NCBI GenBank assembly: GCA_002189035.1
Contig: CM007989.1
Location: 4,650,001 to 4,714,000 of the forward strand
Length of the DNA stretch: 64,000 nt
Source of the DNA: Utricularia gibba
Taxonomy: Eukaryota > Plantae > Magnoliophyta
Direction of reading: 5' to 3'
The notes under the pieces were generated by a model. That model was not told the origin of the DNA. It did no database searches and saw nothing but the letters and a program-made list of their open reading frames with translations. Positions 52,104 through 64,000 of the stretch are shown piece by piece; the first letter of the stretch is position 1, and every line of letters begins with the position of its first letter. A program made the position numbers and the translations under genes.

Positions 52104-53110
52104 GTAGGCACACACCCCGTCCACAACCCATGAGGAGTTTTTAGTTCTAGATTTCCACATGTAGGGAACCTATTCAAGAGCAGAACTAACTGCCTCCCTC
52201 AGAATTCCAGAGGTACTCCCCTTTCAAATAAAAGGCATCTCGCCATGTCCATTATTGTCCTATATCGTCTTTCACATTTACCATTATGTTGAGGTATGTA
52301 AGGGTTAGTAAACTGATGTGTGATGCCATTTTTCACATAGTTTTTCCAGTTCTCTTGGTGCATACTCTCCATCGTTGTCTGACCTCATATACTTGATTTT
52401 ATTCACTCTGATTTTTTGTAACAGCCTTAAAAGTTGGAAACTTTATCACCACTTCATCTCTTGATTTCAGAAAGAAGACCCTGCAGTGATTGGAATAATC
52501 ATCTACAAATAGCAGAAAGTATTTACTTCCTCCTCTAAATGTTGGAGTAATTGGTCCACACACATCTGTGCAGAAAACTTCTAGAGGAGCAAATGCAGCA
52601 CAAGTACTAGGTTCAAAGACCGGTTTGCTCATTTTCCCAAGTTGACATATTTAACAGCATTCGTTGGTTTTTGAAATTGTGTCCATTCCCATAACCATGT
52701 TTTTCTTTTGGCTTCTAAGCAACGATACTTGATTATGATGGCCAAATCTTTTGTGCCACAATTTCATGTTTTCCTGTGTCTGAACACTTAGACATATGTT
52801 ATCTGAATCACGTTTTGTAGGAAAATTGATTGGAAATAGGTGATTTATCATGGGAATTTCCAGAAGTACTTTTCCTGCAAGGTTAGCTACAACACATAAT
52901 AAATCAGTGAAGGTAATTTTAAATTGTTTGCTAACCCATTGACCGATGCTTAGTAGGTTATGAGATATTCAAGGAACATAGTATACATCCTCTATGATGA
53001 TGATCATGTTGTCTGTTTCAAGCTTCACATTTCCTACTCCTTCTGCAGGTGTGTACTATCCATTTGCTACCTCAATGGTTTTCCTTGTAAGAGGAGAAAG
53101 AGTGTTAAAC

Positions 53111-55879
53111 ATTAGTTTATGAGATATGACAGATGGATGTGAAAACAGCCTTCCTAAATGGAAATTTGGTGGAGGAAGTGTACATGACACAATCTGAAGA
53201 TTTCACCAAGATCCAAGTAAAGTGTGTAAACTGAACAAATCCATCTATGGACTAAAGCAAGCTTCAAGAATTTGGAACATCAAATTTGATGAGACAATCA
53301 AAGAGTTTGGTTTCTCTCAAAATGAAGATGAACCTTGTGTATACAAGAAGGTAGATGGCTTGGCAATCGTATTTCTCATACTATATGTGGATGACATATT
53401 AGTAATGGAAAATGATGTTGCAACTATGCAATCAGTAAAAATCTGGTTATCCAAAAGCTTTTCAATGAAAGATCTTGGAGATGCGGCTTATATATTGATC
53501 ATAAAGATCTATAGAGATAGATCAAAGAGACTGATTGGATTATCACAATCGACCTACATTGATAAAGTGTTAAAGAGGTTTAACATGGCTGATTCAAAGA
53601 GAGGTTTAATGCCCATGACACATAAGGCACATTCAAAAGCGATGTGTTCCAAGACAGAAGAAGAAAGGGATCAGATGGCTCGAATCCCATATGCTTCTGC
53701 TATTGGGTCAATAATGTACGCCATGTTGTGTACTAGACCAGATGTGTCATATGCTTTAAGTGTTATAAATAGATATTAGTCGAACCTTGGAATGGATCAT
53801 TGGACCGCAGTCAAGAGCATTCTTAAGTACGTGAGAATGACTAAAGACATGTTCTTGATATGCGGTGGTAAAGGTCTCCAAGTGGAAAGATATGCTGATG
53901 CAAGTTTCCAGTCTGATCATGACGACTTGAAGTCTCAATCAGGATATATATTCACCCTAAATGGAGGTGCAGTCACTTGGAAGAGTTCTAAGCATGAAAC
54001 GACTGCTGATTCAACAACGGAAGCAAAGTACATTGCCGCCAGCTATGCTGCAAAAGAAGCTGTTTGGATTAAGAAGTTTATCAGTGATCTAGGAGTACTC
54101 CCTAATGTTGAGGATCCTATACTCCTATATTGCGATAACACTGGGGCTATTGCAAATGCTAAGGCACCTCGATCACATCAGAAATCCAAACATGTGCTTC
54201 GACGCTACCACATGATCAGAGAGATCATTGGTAGAGGCAATGTCAAAGTTGAGAACGTGGACACAAAGGAGAATGTAGTACATCCACTTACAAAGATGCT
54301 TCCACAGAAGGTCCATGAGACGCATGTAGAGTCCATTGGTATGAGATACATCAATGATTGGCTCTAGTACAAGTGGGAGATTGTTAGTGTATGTGTTCTA
54401 GAGACAATCAACTTATTGGCAAATCTTATCTTTTGATATTTACTTTGAATTGTGATCAAATTTATATCATTGATAAAATCCTCTACTTAATCTATGTGCT
54501 ATAGAAATTATGATGTTATCATAATGTGAGTTTCTTCAAGCACTTATGCTAAAGTTAAAAACTCCTTGGTTAGAGTATTTGTGAAATGAGGATATCACAA
54601 ATACGAATAAGTTGGCACACATTGAGTTCCCTAAACTGTTTAGGCAATAGTTCTCACAATTGATGTAATGAAATTACTAGAACCTATGTGTGGGTGTCGA
54701 TTAGAGAATCGATTCATTGGATGACTCATCTTCAAGATGCTACTATGAGAAGCTAACCAAGTATCAGTAGCAAGATCTCGAATATGACAGCCATACAAGT
54801 AAGCTTAGACTTGAGGTCAACAAAGTTATCTTGATCTTAAACTCATATTTTCGCTCATTACTAATGGGAGCCTAACCATGGCTTGCCTACTATGGATGAG
54901 TAGGGATGTGACTCCGTAAGGTTGGAGATAGTTGATTGATCAATAAAGGATTCATCACTCATGTTAGCGATGAGATCATATCTCTAATAATTGCATCAAA
55001 GCCTAACAGTAAGTCCTGGGCCCAAGATAATGACACTCGAATTGTTTGAGTAGGTCATTGAGTGTTAGTGTTTGAATGCAATTATAAGTTCGATACTTCA
55101 GAAAGGCACACACCCATGTTCTGGTATCGAATGAGATATAAGTATGATGAAAGCTGTTATTATATGATGGTTGGTCATGGAAAGGCTCAATTAGCTCACC
55201 TGATTATTCTTTAATCTTGGGGATCATGATATGTTGTTAGACATCACTCATGATCGATAATGATGGATTTGATTAATTAAGGGTTAATTAATAAATCCGT
55301 TATTACGGACTTTATTGAAGAAGCCTATAGGGTCACACACAATAGTGGAGTCACTCATTGATATAAAATAGAATGACACAATTATATGAAATATAATTGG
55401 TAAAGTGGATAAATTAAATAGAGAGTTATTTTGAGATTAATATTGATTAAACTCAAAATAAAAGATCTTATGTAGATAGGATATGGAACATATACATATC
55501 TCCACAAGATAAGATCTATATGGAGATTTGATTGATATGTTATAAAATATCTATAAAAAAGATTTAGATCTACAGATCTACTTCTAGGTTTTCGTGCTCT
55601 CTGAGATTGATCCAAGGGAGTGATTTTCTCTACTAGCATTTGAGGAGATCGATCAGCATTTTACAGCCTTGAGAAGGTTATCGACGGAGTGCTCCAGGTG
55701 TGGATACCATAGAGGCCGTCTGCTATTGGTGGTTGGTGAACAACAGAGTCCTCTGAAAGGTATTTTCAGCATCCCTTTGTCTGATGTATACTGTATTCCA
55801 AGATTTGCGTTAGGGGTTTCTTGAAAATTTTTAAATTCTGCTGCTTTTATGACATGTGATGCCTACGAGAAACCCAACA
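53111..55879 (+). mobile_element. Nested Angela-type Ty1/copia: RT-RNase H, PPT and 3' LTR; 5' part deleted
   Basis: QMDVKTAFLNG; CKLNKSIYGLKQASRIWN; LYVDDIL; FSMKDLGDAAYIL; IKIYRDRSKRLIGLSQ; RNase H DASFQSD...KSQSGY and WIKKFISDLGV. PPT AAGTGGGAGAT at 54371-54381. Flanked by TAAAC at 53106-53110 and 55880-55884. Confidence 0.9.
54382..55879 (+). repeat. LTR of the Angela-type copia, about 1.5 kb
   Basis: Starts TGTTAGTGTATGTGTTCTAGAGACAAT right after the PPT and ends CCTACGAGAAACCCAACA; termini resemble BARE-1/Angela LTRs. Confidence 0.85.
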
Positions 55880-56058
55880 TAAACTCCTTCAAGGCATTAG
55901 CTTCAATAGGTGGTGCTTCTGTAAAATAAGTTAGAAGATCATCATCATCTAAAAAGTTCTTTATTTTCTTACTCCAGGCTCTAAACTCTCGTGGATCCTT
56001 TCCATCAAACTTGGGAGGTGAGCCAAAGGAAGTGAGAAGGAAGCGTGGTCAGTTTCGC

Positions 56059-56076
56059 TTCATGTCGGGTTCACCA
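56059..56076 (-). other. Primer-binding site complementary to cytosolic tRNA-Trp
   Basis: Minus strand TGGTGAACCCGACATGAA versus TGGTGAACCCGACGTGAA, the complement of the recalled plant tRNA-Trp 3' end ...TTCACGTCGGGTTCA-CCA (17/18). Lies 3 nt from the LTR end and overlaps the gag ATG. Confidence 0.8.
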
Positions 56077-56079
56077 AAA

Positions 56080-56512
56080 TGAATTGTGGCAAAGAATGTT
56101 TGTAGGTGTTGATATAGAAATGCAGCAACAATGTTGCTTTCGGGAAAAAACATGTAAATAGGTTACTACCTGTGTCATATACATTACAGCCTAACCACAT
56201 ATTTATAACATGTAAAAATAGCCGTTGGTTTGGAATCTGACAGAATCAGAGCTTCTGGAGCCTCGAGAGTTTTACCCATTGCATTGTAAGTTTGAATCCA
56301 TGGGCCTTTCCTTAGAGTCTGGAACTTGAGCTTCAATGTCATCATGATTGTCTTCCCAAAGTTTGGCCCAGTTTATTATGTCGTCGGCCCAGTCGCATAT
56401 TTCATTTCTTTTATTGGCCCAATCATACATGTTTGTGTCTTCTTCCAGAAAATTCCCAGAAGTTTCTGCATCAAGAGAGCTTGGTGAGCTTATCATATCT
56501 ACCTATGCCACA
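56080..56512 (-). repeat. 5' LTR of the tRNA-Trp copia, about 433 bp
   Basis: Minus strand starts TGTGGCATAG and ends ...CACAATTCA before the PBS. Contains AACGGCTAT and TATAAATA. Confidence 0.75.
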
Positions 56513-56599
56513 AGAAGGTTTGATCAATAATCTAGCATTGATTGCAAAGGCTGCTGCTTTATACAAGTCACTCCAAAAGCTGTTGGTTAAAAAAGAATA

Positions 56600-59500
56600 A
56601 GAAAATACAAGAACAAAAACTACATACATGGTAATTTGATGTTCTAAAAATATTTTTGACCATTTGGATTGATTAGCTACTCCAAGTATTTAATTGGTTC
56701 ATTATGAAAGAAAATAATCTCTTTTATATGGTATGAACAATCAGATAAGATATAATCGAATTGATAAATTTAATGAATCAAGTCAAATCCACCACTTTCT
56801 AATCTTACATAAAACCAAGGAGTGGTTGCAACAATCCAACATTAAGCCTAGTATGTATTCCTTAATTTATTCGTCCAATATTATAATAATCCCTCACATG
56901 TTGGAGAAGAAATTCACATGGTTACATTTAATATAAATCTTGATGTTTTGAAAATAGGTATCTTTTGACTAAAAACCAATCTCCTAATATAATAATCCAT
57001 ATAACATTAAGTTATGATGAAATTAATGATTTCTATGAACCATTGACTTCATAATGATACATAGAATTTATTAGTCAACATCAATTCCTCCACATTCTAT
57101 GTTGTCCACCACTAAGATGCATGCATACGCCCATATACAATTTTTATATATTCATATGAGCTTTAGAAATTGACTTAGTTTCATGGAAGTGGCTCCTCTC
57201 CACAAGCACATAGGTGCTTATGTCTTAAACTCATCCTCACAAAATGTACAACTAGAACACCCATTCCATGTGAAAGACTACTTGCCAAATGTTTAGTGTT
57301 CTCATAACTAGCAATGACTTATTATTCTTATGAAATCATTCTGAATGTTTCTGCCATTATAAGCACGGTTATCATCATTGTAGTTTTTTTAAAGGTTTTA
57401 GTCTCATTCCTCTCGAAATCTCATAGATCTTTTCTCTATTGAGAGGTTTTGTGAGTGGATCAGTCAAATTCACTAATATTTTCATATAATCAATTGGCAT
57501 TACTCCATTCTTGAATAGTTGTTCTTTCCATTGTAAGATTCGTTCTTAGTAGTGGTTATTGCTGAATGGCAACCACAATGCATTGATATAGGAGTTTCAA
57601 ACCTTAAACTGAGTAGAATATCTATTAGAAAATTTTTCAACGGCTCAACCTCTATTCCTACTACATCTAGAGCAATGAACACAACTTTCATTATAGATCT
57701 TGCATTAGGGTTTACTTAATAGATTTCCAAGAAACTATACCATCTCCTATAGTAAAAAAAAATCCACTAGTAGCTTTAGTCTCATCATTGATTGCAACTC
57801 AACTGTCATCATTGTATCCTTCTAATATTGATGGATTTTTAGTGTAATATATACCGTAATGCATGGTTCGTTGCAGACATCTTAGTAATGATCTCAAAGA
57901 TATTCAATGTGCATCACTTGGATAATGAGTGTATCTATTTAATGTGTCCACAATATATGCAATGTCATGAATCGAGTTCATAACATACATCAAGCTACCC
58001 ATGATTTGTGCATACTTATATTGAACTATTAGATCTCTCTTATTTTTCAATAATCTCATGCTTGGATCATATGGTGCTTTGTTAAGTGTCATTTTTATAA
58101 CATATTTTGTCATTTTCTAGGTTTAAATGTAATTATAATTATCTAATTATGATTTTATAATCTAAGTTTTGTTAGAGGCGAACATGTAGCAGAAAGAGGA
58201 GAAAAGAAGAAGCCCAAGATGACAAATTAGATCTTCCTAAATAATACTCTCCTTGATTTCTAGAGGAATGCAGATGCCTAATGATGAATCTTGACTTACA
58301 AAACATGAGAACTTCTGAAAGAAGAAATCATTAGTGTGATAGTGTTAGAGTAGGAGGGATACAAAATTTAGACAAAGTAGACTTTTCCATTTGAGTTTTC
58401 AATTAAACTTTGTTTATTTTTTTACAGAATTTTCCTCTACCTTCTCTCTAAAACTATGCTTTCTTATAAGAGAGTGTAGGGGAAGGTAAGGAATTCTTTC
58501 TTCCTATAATTGAGTACTTGAGACGAGTGGAGAAGAGTGGAGATACAACAAATGTAGTTGGAGAGGATTCCAATCACAAGAAAATCTCTTTATTTAAGGT
58601 TCATCATTTAAGTTCATTTTTGTTGTTTGTTTATACTTTTATTACTCAAGTTTCATAATTTATGTTTCATTTATATTACTTCACAAATCCATTTGCAAAT
58701 CATGACAATTGTAATCGGTCTAAACTTCAACTTTCACTAGAAAATCCTCTTCTTGCTTTTACACCTGCACTACATATTTAGTTTTTTTATGAGTTAAAAA
58801 TGTTTTAAAATTTATTGTGAAATGATACGCATCAAATTTTTGGTGACGTTATTGGCTAGTTGATTTTTTTTTCTTGTATTTGGTGTTGTGAGTGAAAGTT
58901 TCATTTTCTTTTTTCTTTTTTTTTTTTTTTTCTTTCTCTTTCTTCTTTTCATTTTTTTTCTTATTTATTTTGTTTTCCCTTTTTGTGTAGCAAGATCCTT
59001 CAGAGTTTCATCCAAGCCTTAGATCTTCCTAAGAAGTCTTGTATACTCTAGACCAAGAAATTGAACGAGCCTACCTTGCCAAAAAGAGGGAGCAAACTTC
59101 GTGTTCAATCACTAGAGACATCGTGGCAACACATATACTTGTTAGAGTACCCATAATGCCTTAGACTCAAGGAGAATAGCATCAGGGAGACTTTCCATTA
59201 TTACCTCTCATTAATTTTGGACCAGCTTTACAGATCATCAAGGAAGAAATTAGTGCGAATCATTCTCATCGTCCCTTATGCATCATCTTTGATGGAGAAG
59301 AAGACTATGAACTACATCCATACTTATTCTAGATGTTTCTGAAGTTTGATAGAAGGGAAAATGACAACCTTAATCATCACCTTTGTGAGTTGTGTATCCA
59401 TGTACCCTAAAGGAGCAACACCATCTTTTATGAGCACATGAGAGCAGCTAGTTCAAAAAATTTTGGATCATTATGCACCACTAGGAAGAGTTTAAACAGG

Positions 59501-60900
59501 ATGAAGATCCTTAAAAACCATGATGTAAAACAAATGAGAAAATTTGAGGAGTATTATAATCGCTTCAACTAAATCTACAATTTCTATTCTCAGTATGAGT
59601 TTAATAAATGTCAAGTTATGCAACACTTCTATGGAGGGTGGACCTCAATGATCAGGATAGATAGAGGCTACTTGTAATAGATTATTATTAGAGAACCATC
59701 ATAGTGTTGATGTCTAGAGACTAATTGTACAAATGGCTACAAACTCGTATTTCACAACCAATCATTATGACAACTCCCACAGATCACCTGGAGGAAATGC
59801 CAAAACATCAAAAGTGGTCTATGGAGTAGACAACTCAGAAGTATTGACCCAACTCAGAAGGACATCACTTCTTAACACAAGGAATTGATATGCAGCACTT
59901 TTATCGGCATATCTTATGAATAAAAAATCTAATATTTTTTTAACCAAAGTTTATGTCTTTGTATCAAATAGCATCATTTTTCCTAAACATTCCATACTCA
60001 AATATTTTAGAGTAGTGTAGCCTTTTCATATTTTATATCAAGTTTTCATGATTTGTATGTGTGAAACTCTCTTTTGGATATGACATTCAGTTAAGATAGC
60101 TCCCTCCCCCCTCTTGAAGTTCCCAAGAACACTAGAGCTTATGAGCATTGAATTCATTATTTTATTCAATGTTCTTTTTTTTTCTGCTATTCATTTGACT
60201 TTTAGGAATATGGTGGAGGCTTCTCATATATTATCTCATGCTTCTGACAAAAGTTATTGAATAATACATACTCTCTACATCTATTTGATCATACTCTTTT
60301 CAATTTTGTTGGTTTTCTGCTTCAAATTTAAATAGAAGAAATTTATCAAACATGTTTCAATAAATAAACACAAGAATATCTAAAATGATTATCAATAAAT
60401 ATAATAACGAATTTATTACCTCCTGTAGGCATACATATTTTGAAATCACGTATATTTGAATGAATCAAGTTGAACAGTTTTGATTCTCTAGTCACCAGAT
60501 AGCATGTTCTCTCAGTCAACTTTGCCTCAACACATATTTCAAATATCATTCTTAAATCATGCAATTTTGGAATTAAATCCAATTTCTACATTCGTTTCAT
60601 ATAATCAAAATTGATGTGTTAATATCCAGTAGGCTATGTATTAAATGTAAACAAGACGTAAATAGAAGTAGACAAATTCTTATTCATGGTAGATGCAAAT
60701 ATGAGATTAAACACATAAACATTCAACTTGATCACATCCAATCCTATAGTTGGAAAATGATTATTTTGCATTTCCCACTAAAGAGACATAGTTGAAAAAT
60801 GATTCTTTCTTTGAATACACATGATGTGTAGCTCTAGAATCCAAGATCCAAATGTAATTCGAACTAATTAAGTTCAAATTGAGCTTCATGTGAATATGAT
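56600..60900 (-). mobile_element. Degenerate Ty1/copia (protease, integrase, end of RT, RNase H), interrupted
   Basis: WILDSRATHHV at about 60850; LFNLIHSNIRDFK...GGNKFVIIFIDN (60346-60582); FIRYADKSAAYQFL at about 59900; YAQIMGSLMYVMN (57904-58113); SYNGK RNase H region (57500-57691). Motifs resemble the fragment at 100-1190. Confidence 0.8.
58150..59850 (+). mobile_element. Athila-like gypsy fragment (LTR end, degenerate PBS, gag start) within the copia
   Basis: GATACGCATCA-AATTTTTGGTGACGTT at about 58823-58850 (LTR end plus TTGGCGCCGTT-like PBS), LDQEIERA at about 59050, and KCQVMQHFYGG at about 59610. Confidence 0.6.
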
Positions 60901-61399
60901 TGTCATGTGAAAAATGAATAGCAATTCAAAAAACGTCTGCACTTTAATTACAACAACACACATATAGATGACCGAAATTTGTTCATTGCTTTTGTTATTG
61001 TTGGATTTGTCTTTTTGGTAGAGTACTACTCATACATGAGTGTTATGCACATGGTGGGGTTGAGTATTCATTACTTTATTGGCTTATACCAAAAGAGAGG
61101 TTGGGTCGATGAATGTAGATTTATTTTAAGTATTGTGGCTCATATTCAAGGGAACATGCCTAGTAAGGATGATAAGTCCCATATTTCTCTACTTTCTGTT
61201 CTTAAGATTGAAGAGTTCTTTGTAAAGGTGTAGCTCCATATTCCATGTTTACTTTTTGGAAACTCTCCGCAAAAGATTGTTTCACTACTTCTTGTATTAT
61301 ATATTTATAGATTGATACTCTATCATTTTCCAATAGGAGGGCTCATCACTATTTTTTCCTACCTTTCTATACTTACATTGTGTTGCATGATGACCTAGT

Positions 61400-64000
61400 T
61401 TTACACACACAAAACATTGTCTCTTTTTCTTTTTAAATGGTTTGTTAGTGATCACAAGAGAATCAGATTTTTTTTAATTAGGTTGTGAGTTGTACTTTAT
61501 TTGATTGTTTTTTTTGCACAACTAGCTTGTGAAGAATTCCTTTCTAGATTTTTTTAGTCTTCATGTGTTTTGACTCAATGGCAATGTGGCTTATTAGTTG
61601 CTACAGACTTAACTTTGGATTTGATCGTTTTAGATTGTTTTGGTAGGTTTTCCAACTTTTTGGCAATTTCTCAATTAGTATATTAGCAATAAAACTTGGT
61701 GGGAGTTTTATGTTTTGTGCTGCCATGTTATCGAATAGATGGTGAAAATCACTCAATTGAATGATGATGTCTTTTACTTCATCTGATTTCTACTAGTAAA
61801 ATTTAGAGACTACAAATTTGAATTTGGTAGCATCATCAACAATGTCTTTGGCAGTCATGGTTTTCTAGATTAAAATGCCCTCTTGGTATGTTGACATTGA
61901 AAAGAGAATTTGATAAGATGGAGATAATAATATGGTGACATACCTGATTAGTCCATTCTCAATATGTGTGTGTTGGATCTTATACATTTGGTTTGGAGAT
62001 TGTTAAGGTCAAAGCAACACCATATATATCCTAGAGTTCATAGATGCGATCTTGCAATCTTTGGAAGTTTGGATTATCGAAAGGTTCAATTTTGGAGATA
62101 TTAGGAAATGTTTTTTGATGGGTTGTATTGCGCCCAAATTGAAGTGCTGGAATATAGAAGTGACATATGGTATATGGGTATGGACTTTAGCAATGATCAA
62201 AAGCAATGGATTGGTGAAGATGGGGGTTGTAGATTGTGGTGGACTGGTTGGACAATAGGGTCCATATTTTGATAAAGATGCACTAGTATGATTAGTGATG
62301 GTTGTTCAAAGAGTGATTGTAGATGTATAAATAGAAGTAGGATTACTTGAATCAACATTGAGATCAAATGTCATTAAAAAGATATCATTGTTAGTTGGCA
62401 AAAAAATAAGAAAACACTAAGGCAAAAATAGCATATATAGTAATCCAATGTCATAATAGTATTTCTAATCACTTGAATTGATTAGTGACCTTCAGGATTC
62501 ATATGGTTCATTATGAAAGGAGACACCTCATTCCATAGAGCAAGAGCAGCCTAAAAAGATACAACGAAGTTAATAAACTTAGGGAAACAAGTCAAGTCCA
62601 TCATTTCAAAATCTTATGAGAGATTAGGAATTAGTTGCAATAATCCAAGAGGAAGCCAAGTCTTGGATTCCTTAATTTTTTCAACCAATATTATAATTAA
62701 GTATTACAACAAAAGCACTAAAATAAATTGAGCTCCCAATGGATGACTATTTGAGATGCAATAATGTGGTAATAGCATGTTTATTTGAAGGATTTGGCTT
62801 TGAAATTTGGAATCTCCTTGCAAAACATTTTTTATCAACCAAATGATAAGGGTGTTGCAAACATTCAACATGAAACTAATGTACTCATACTTGGAAACTC
62901 ATTGTAAGTATATCATATGCAATGATAACTATCAAAATAATTATAGAAAAGAAACAATTAAGGATAAAGTCTTCATATTTCTTATGGTGTTTGGCTTTCA
63001 TACCATCACTTGCAGATACATTTATTTAAGATTTTCCTTTCCTAGTTTAAACGAAGTGATAAATCCTTAAGAAAAATGTGATTTTTGTATGTTAGTGAGC
63101 TAAATCCTTTGATTTAGTCCATCCCATGTTCTAACCCAATTTTGAGTCTAGCATCAACCCCCATTATGGAGAGACACAAAGATTTCATACAATTTGCCAT
63201 GTAGCAAGAGGAGCAGGGAGCAATGAGTACACTATCTCGACGGCAGTCTGCAAGTCATGGGCAGGAGCAGTAGAGCTATTAGAGATTGTACTTGCTTTGG
63301 GAAGTGAGAGATGAGTGAAAAAAATGAGAGGAGAGAGAATCGCATGAGAGCTTCGACAACACACACATGAGGGGGGGGGGGGAGGAGAGAGAATCGCATG
63401 AGAGCTTCGACAACACACACATTTCTCCTCCAACACGGAGAACACGAAGAATAGTGAACTACAAAGAAAAAGAAGGGTGATTTTCTGGAGAAGAACCTCC
63501 AACATGAAGAATGAAGATCAAGACCCAATCTAGCGCTACTGTTCCGGACTCTGAATAGTAGCAGACGGAAACCAGAACTATTATTGTTTTACTTTCGTTT
63601 GTTGACGTTTTTAGTTTATGCAACCAACTCTCTCACAATGTCTTTGACATTTTCACTACTTTATGTTAATGTTATCATATTTTGACTTTAATACATGAGT
63701 ACCTAGAACCTTAGGAATGACTTGAGGTAAAGCATGGTGGTGTGGATTTAGGGTAATAATGCAATTTATATTTGTTTCTTAGTTATTGTTTCTATCATTC
63801 CATGAGTAGATCTCAGGATGAGGAACAAGTAGCTTCACAACCCAGATGCTTGATTTAGAAGTAGACCAATAAATCAAGGCAGGAGCAGTAGTTATTATTC
63901 TATGGTAGAACCGGGTAGACCTAATTCTATACACTTTGCATGCGGGTAGCCTAATTGTAATGTTGGTGATGATATTGGGAACTAGCCTAGGTTGTTTAGA
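61400..64000. mobile_element. Athila-like gypsy remnants (gag-like, post-integrase and LTR pieces)
   Basis: Minus-strand IKKHFLISPKLNLSIIQ resembles the Athila gag N-terminus. CAACCCCCATTAT motif at about 63155. LTR-like ATGAGTACCTAGAACCTTAGG at about 63695. Highly decayed. Confidence 0.45.
63328..63422. repeat. Perfect 41-bp direct duplication separated by a G12 run
   Basis: GAGGAGAGAGAATCGCATGAGAGCTTCGACAACACACACAT at 63328-63368 and 63382-63422; G run at 63371-63382. Confidence 0.92.

Larger units (their letters stand above)
51776..56512 (-). mobile_element. Internally deleted Ty1/copia element with tRNA-Trp PBS (lacks RT, RNase H, PPT and most of gag)
   Basis: Direct repeats 51776-52103 and 56173-56512 (about 20 substitutions in about 310 bp). 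Gag start PPKFDGKD, post-protease TIEVANG, pre-integrase LWHKRFGH, integrase TDVCGP...YFLLFVDDYS and PQHNG...RTIMDMARCLL. Confidence 0.88.

Noticed and set aside
56107-56173. TGTTGATAT (56107) or TGTCAT (56173) as the inner end of the copia 5' LTR
   Set aside because: Neither is followed by a PBS; the tRNA-Trp PBS at 56059-56076 places the end at 56080.
56272-56496. 74-aa acidic, Trp-rich ORF (MYDWANKRNEICDWADD)
   Set aside because: It lies inside the copia LTR, the Trp repeats come from the TGGGCC motifs, and the other LTR copy has a stop.

Overview
Angiosperm nuclear DNA: AT-rich, short GT-AG introns, many LTR-retrotransposon remnants. Six host genes are readable. (1) A 23-exon KAC/KCA kinesin-14-like gene (+, 4681-12017). 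(2) A bHLH gene (-, 12555-13238). (3) A single-exon J-domain/Cys-cluster gene with an in-frame TAG (-, 14350-15345). (4) A CYCD2/4-type D-cyclin whose C-terminal tail is cut by a stop (+, 21974-23390). (5) An HD-Zip I gene of ATHB5/6/16 type (+, 32630-33710). (6) A non-epsilon 14-3-3 gene (-, 50051-51294). Mobile DNA includes a Tourist MITE, a 2.5-kb PIF/Harbinger element with perfect 14-bp TIRs, and a near full-length Ty3/gypsy Tat(Retand)-type element (38631-46995) carrying a spliced antisense ORF. There is also an internally deleted Ty1/copia with a tRNA-Trp primer site, a nested Angela-type copia inside it, two further copia remnants and several Athila-like fragments. I found no tRNA/rRNA genes, CRISPR arrays or organellar inserts, and no system I can call new with confidence. 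The best leads are the atypical tRNA-Trp PBS, a truncated LTR promoter aimed at the 14-3-3 gene, the spliced antisense retroelement ORF fused behind an LTR TATA box, disabling lesions in three of the first four host genes, an extra HD-Zip exon with a duplicated acceptor, and a KAC-CYCD-HD-Zip-14-3-3 neighbourhood. All alignments and counts were made by eye; family assignments rest on recalled motifs, not database searches.
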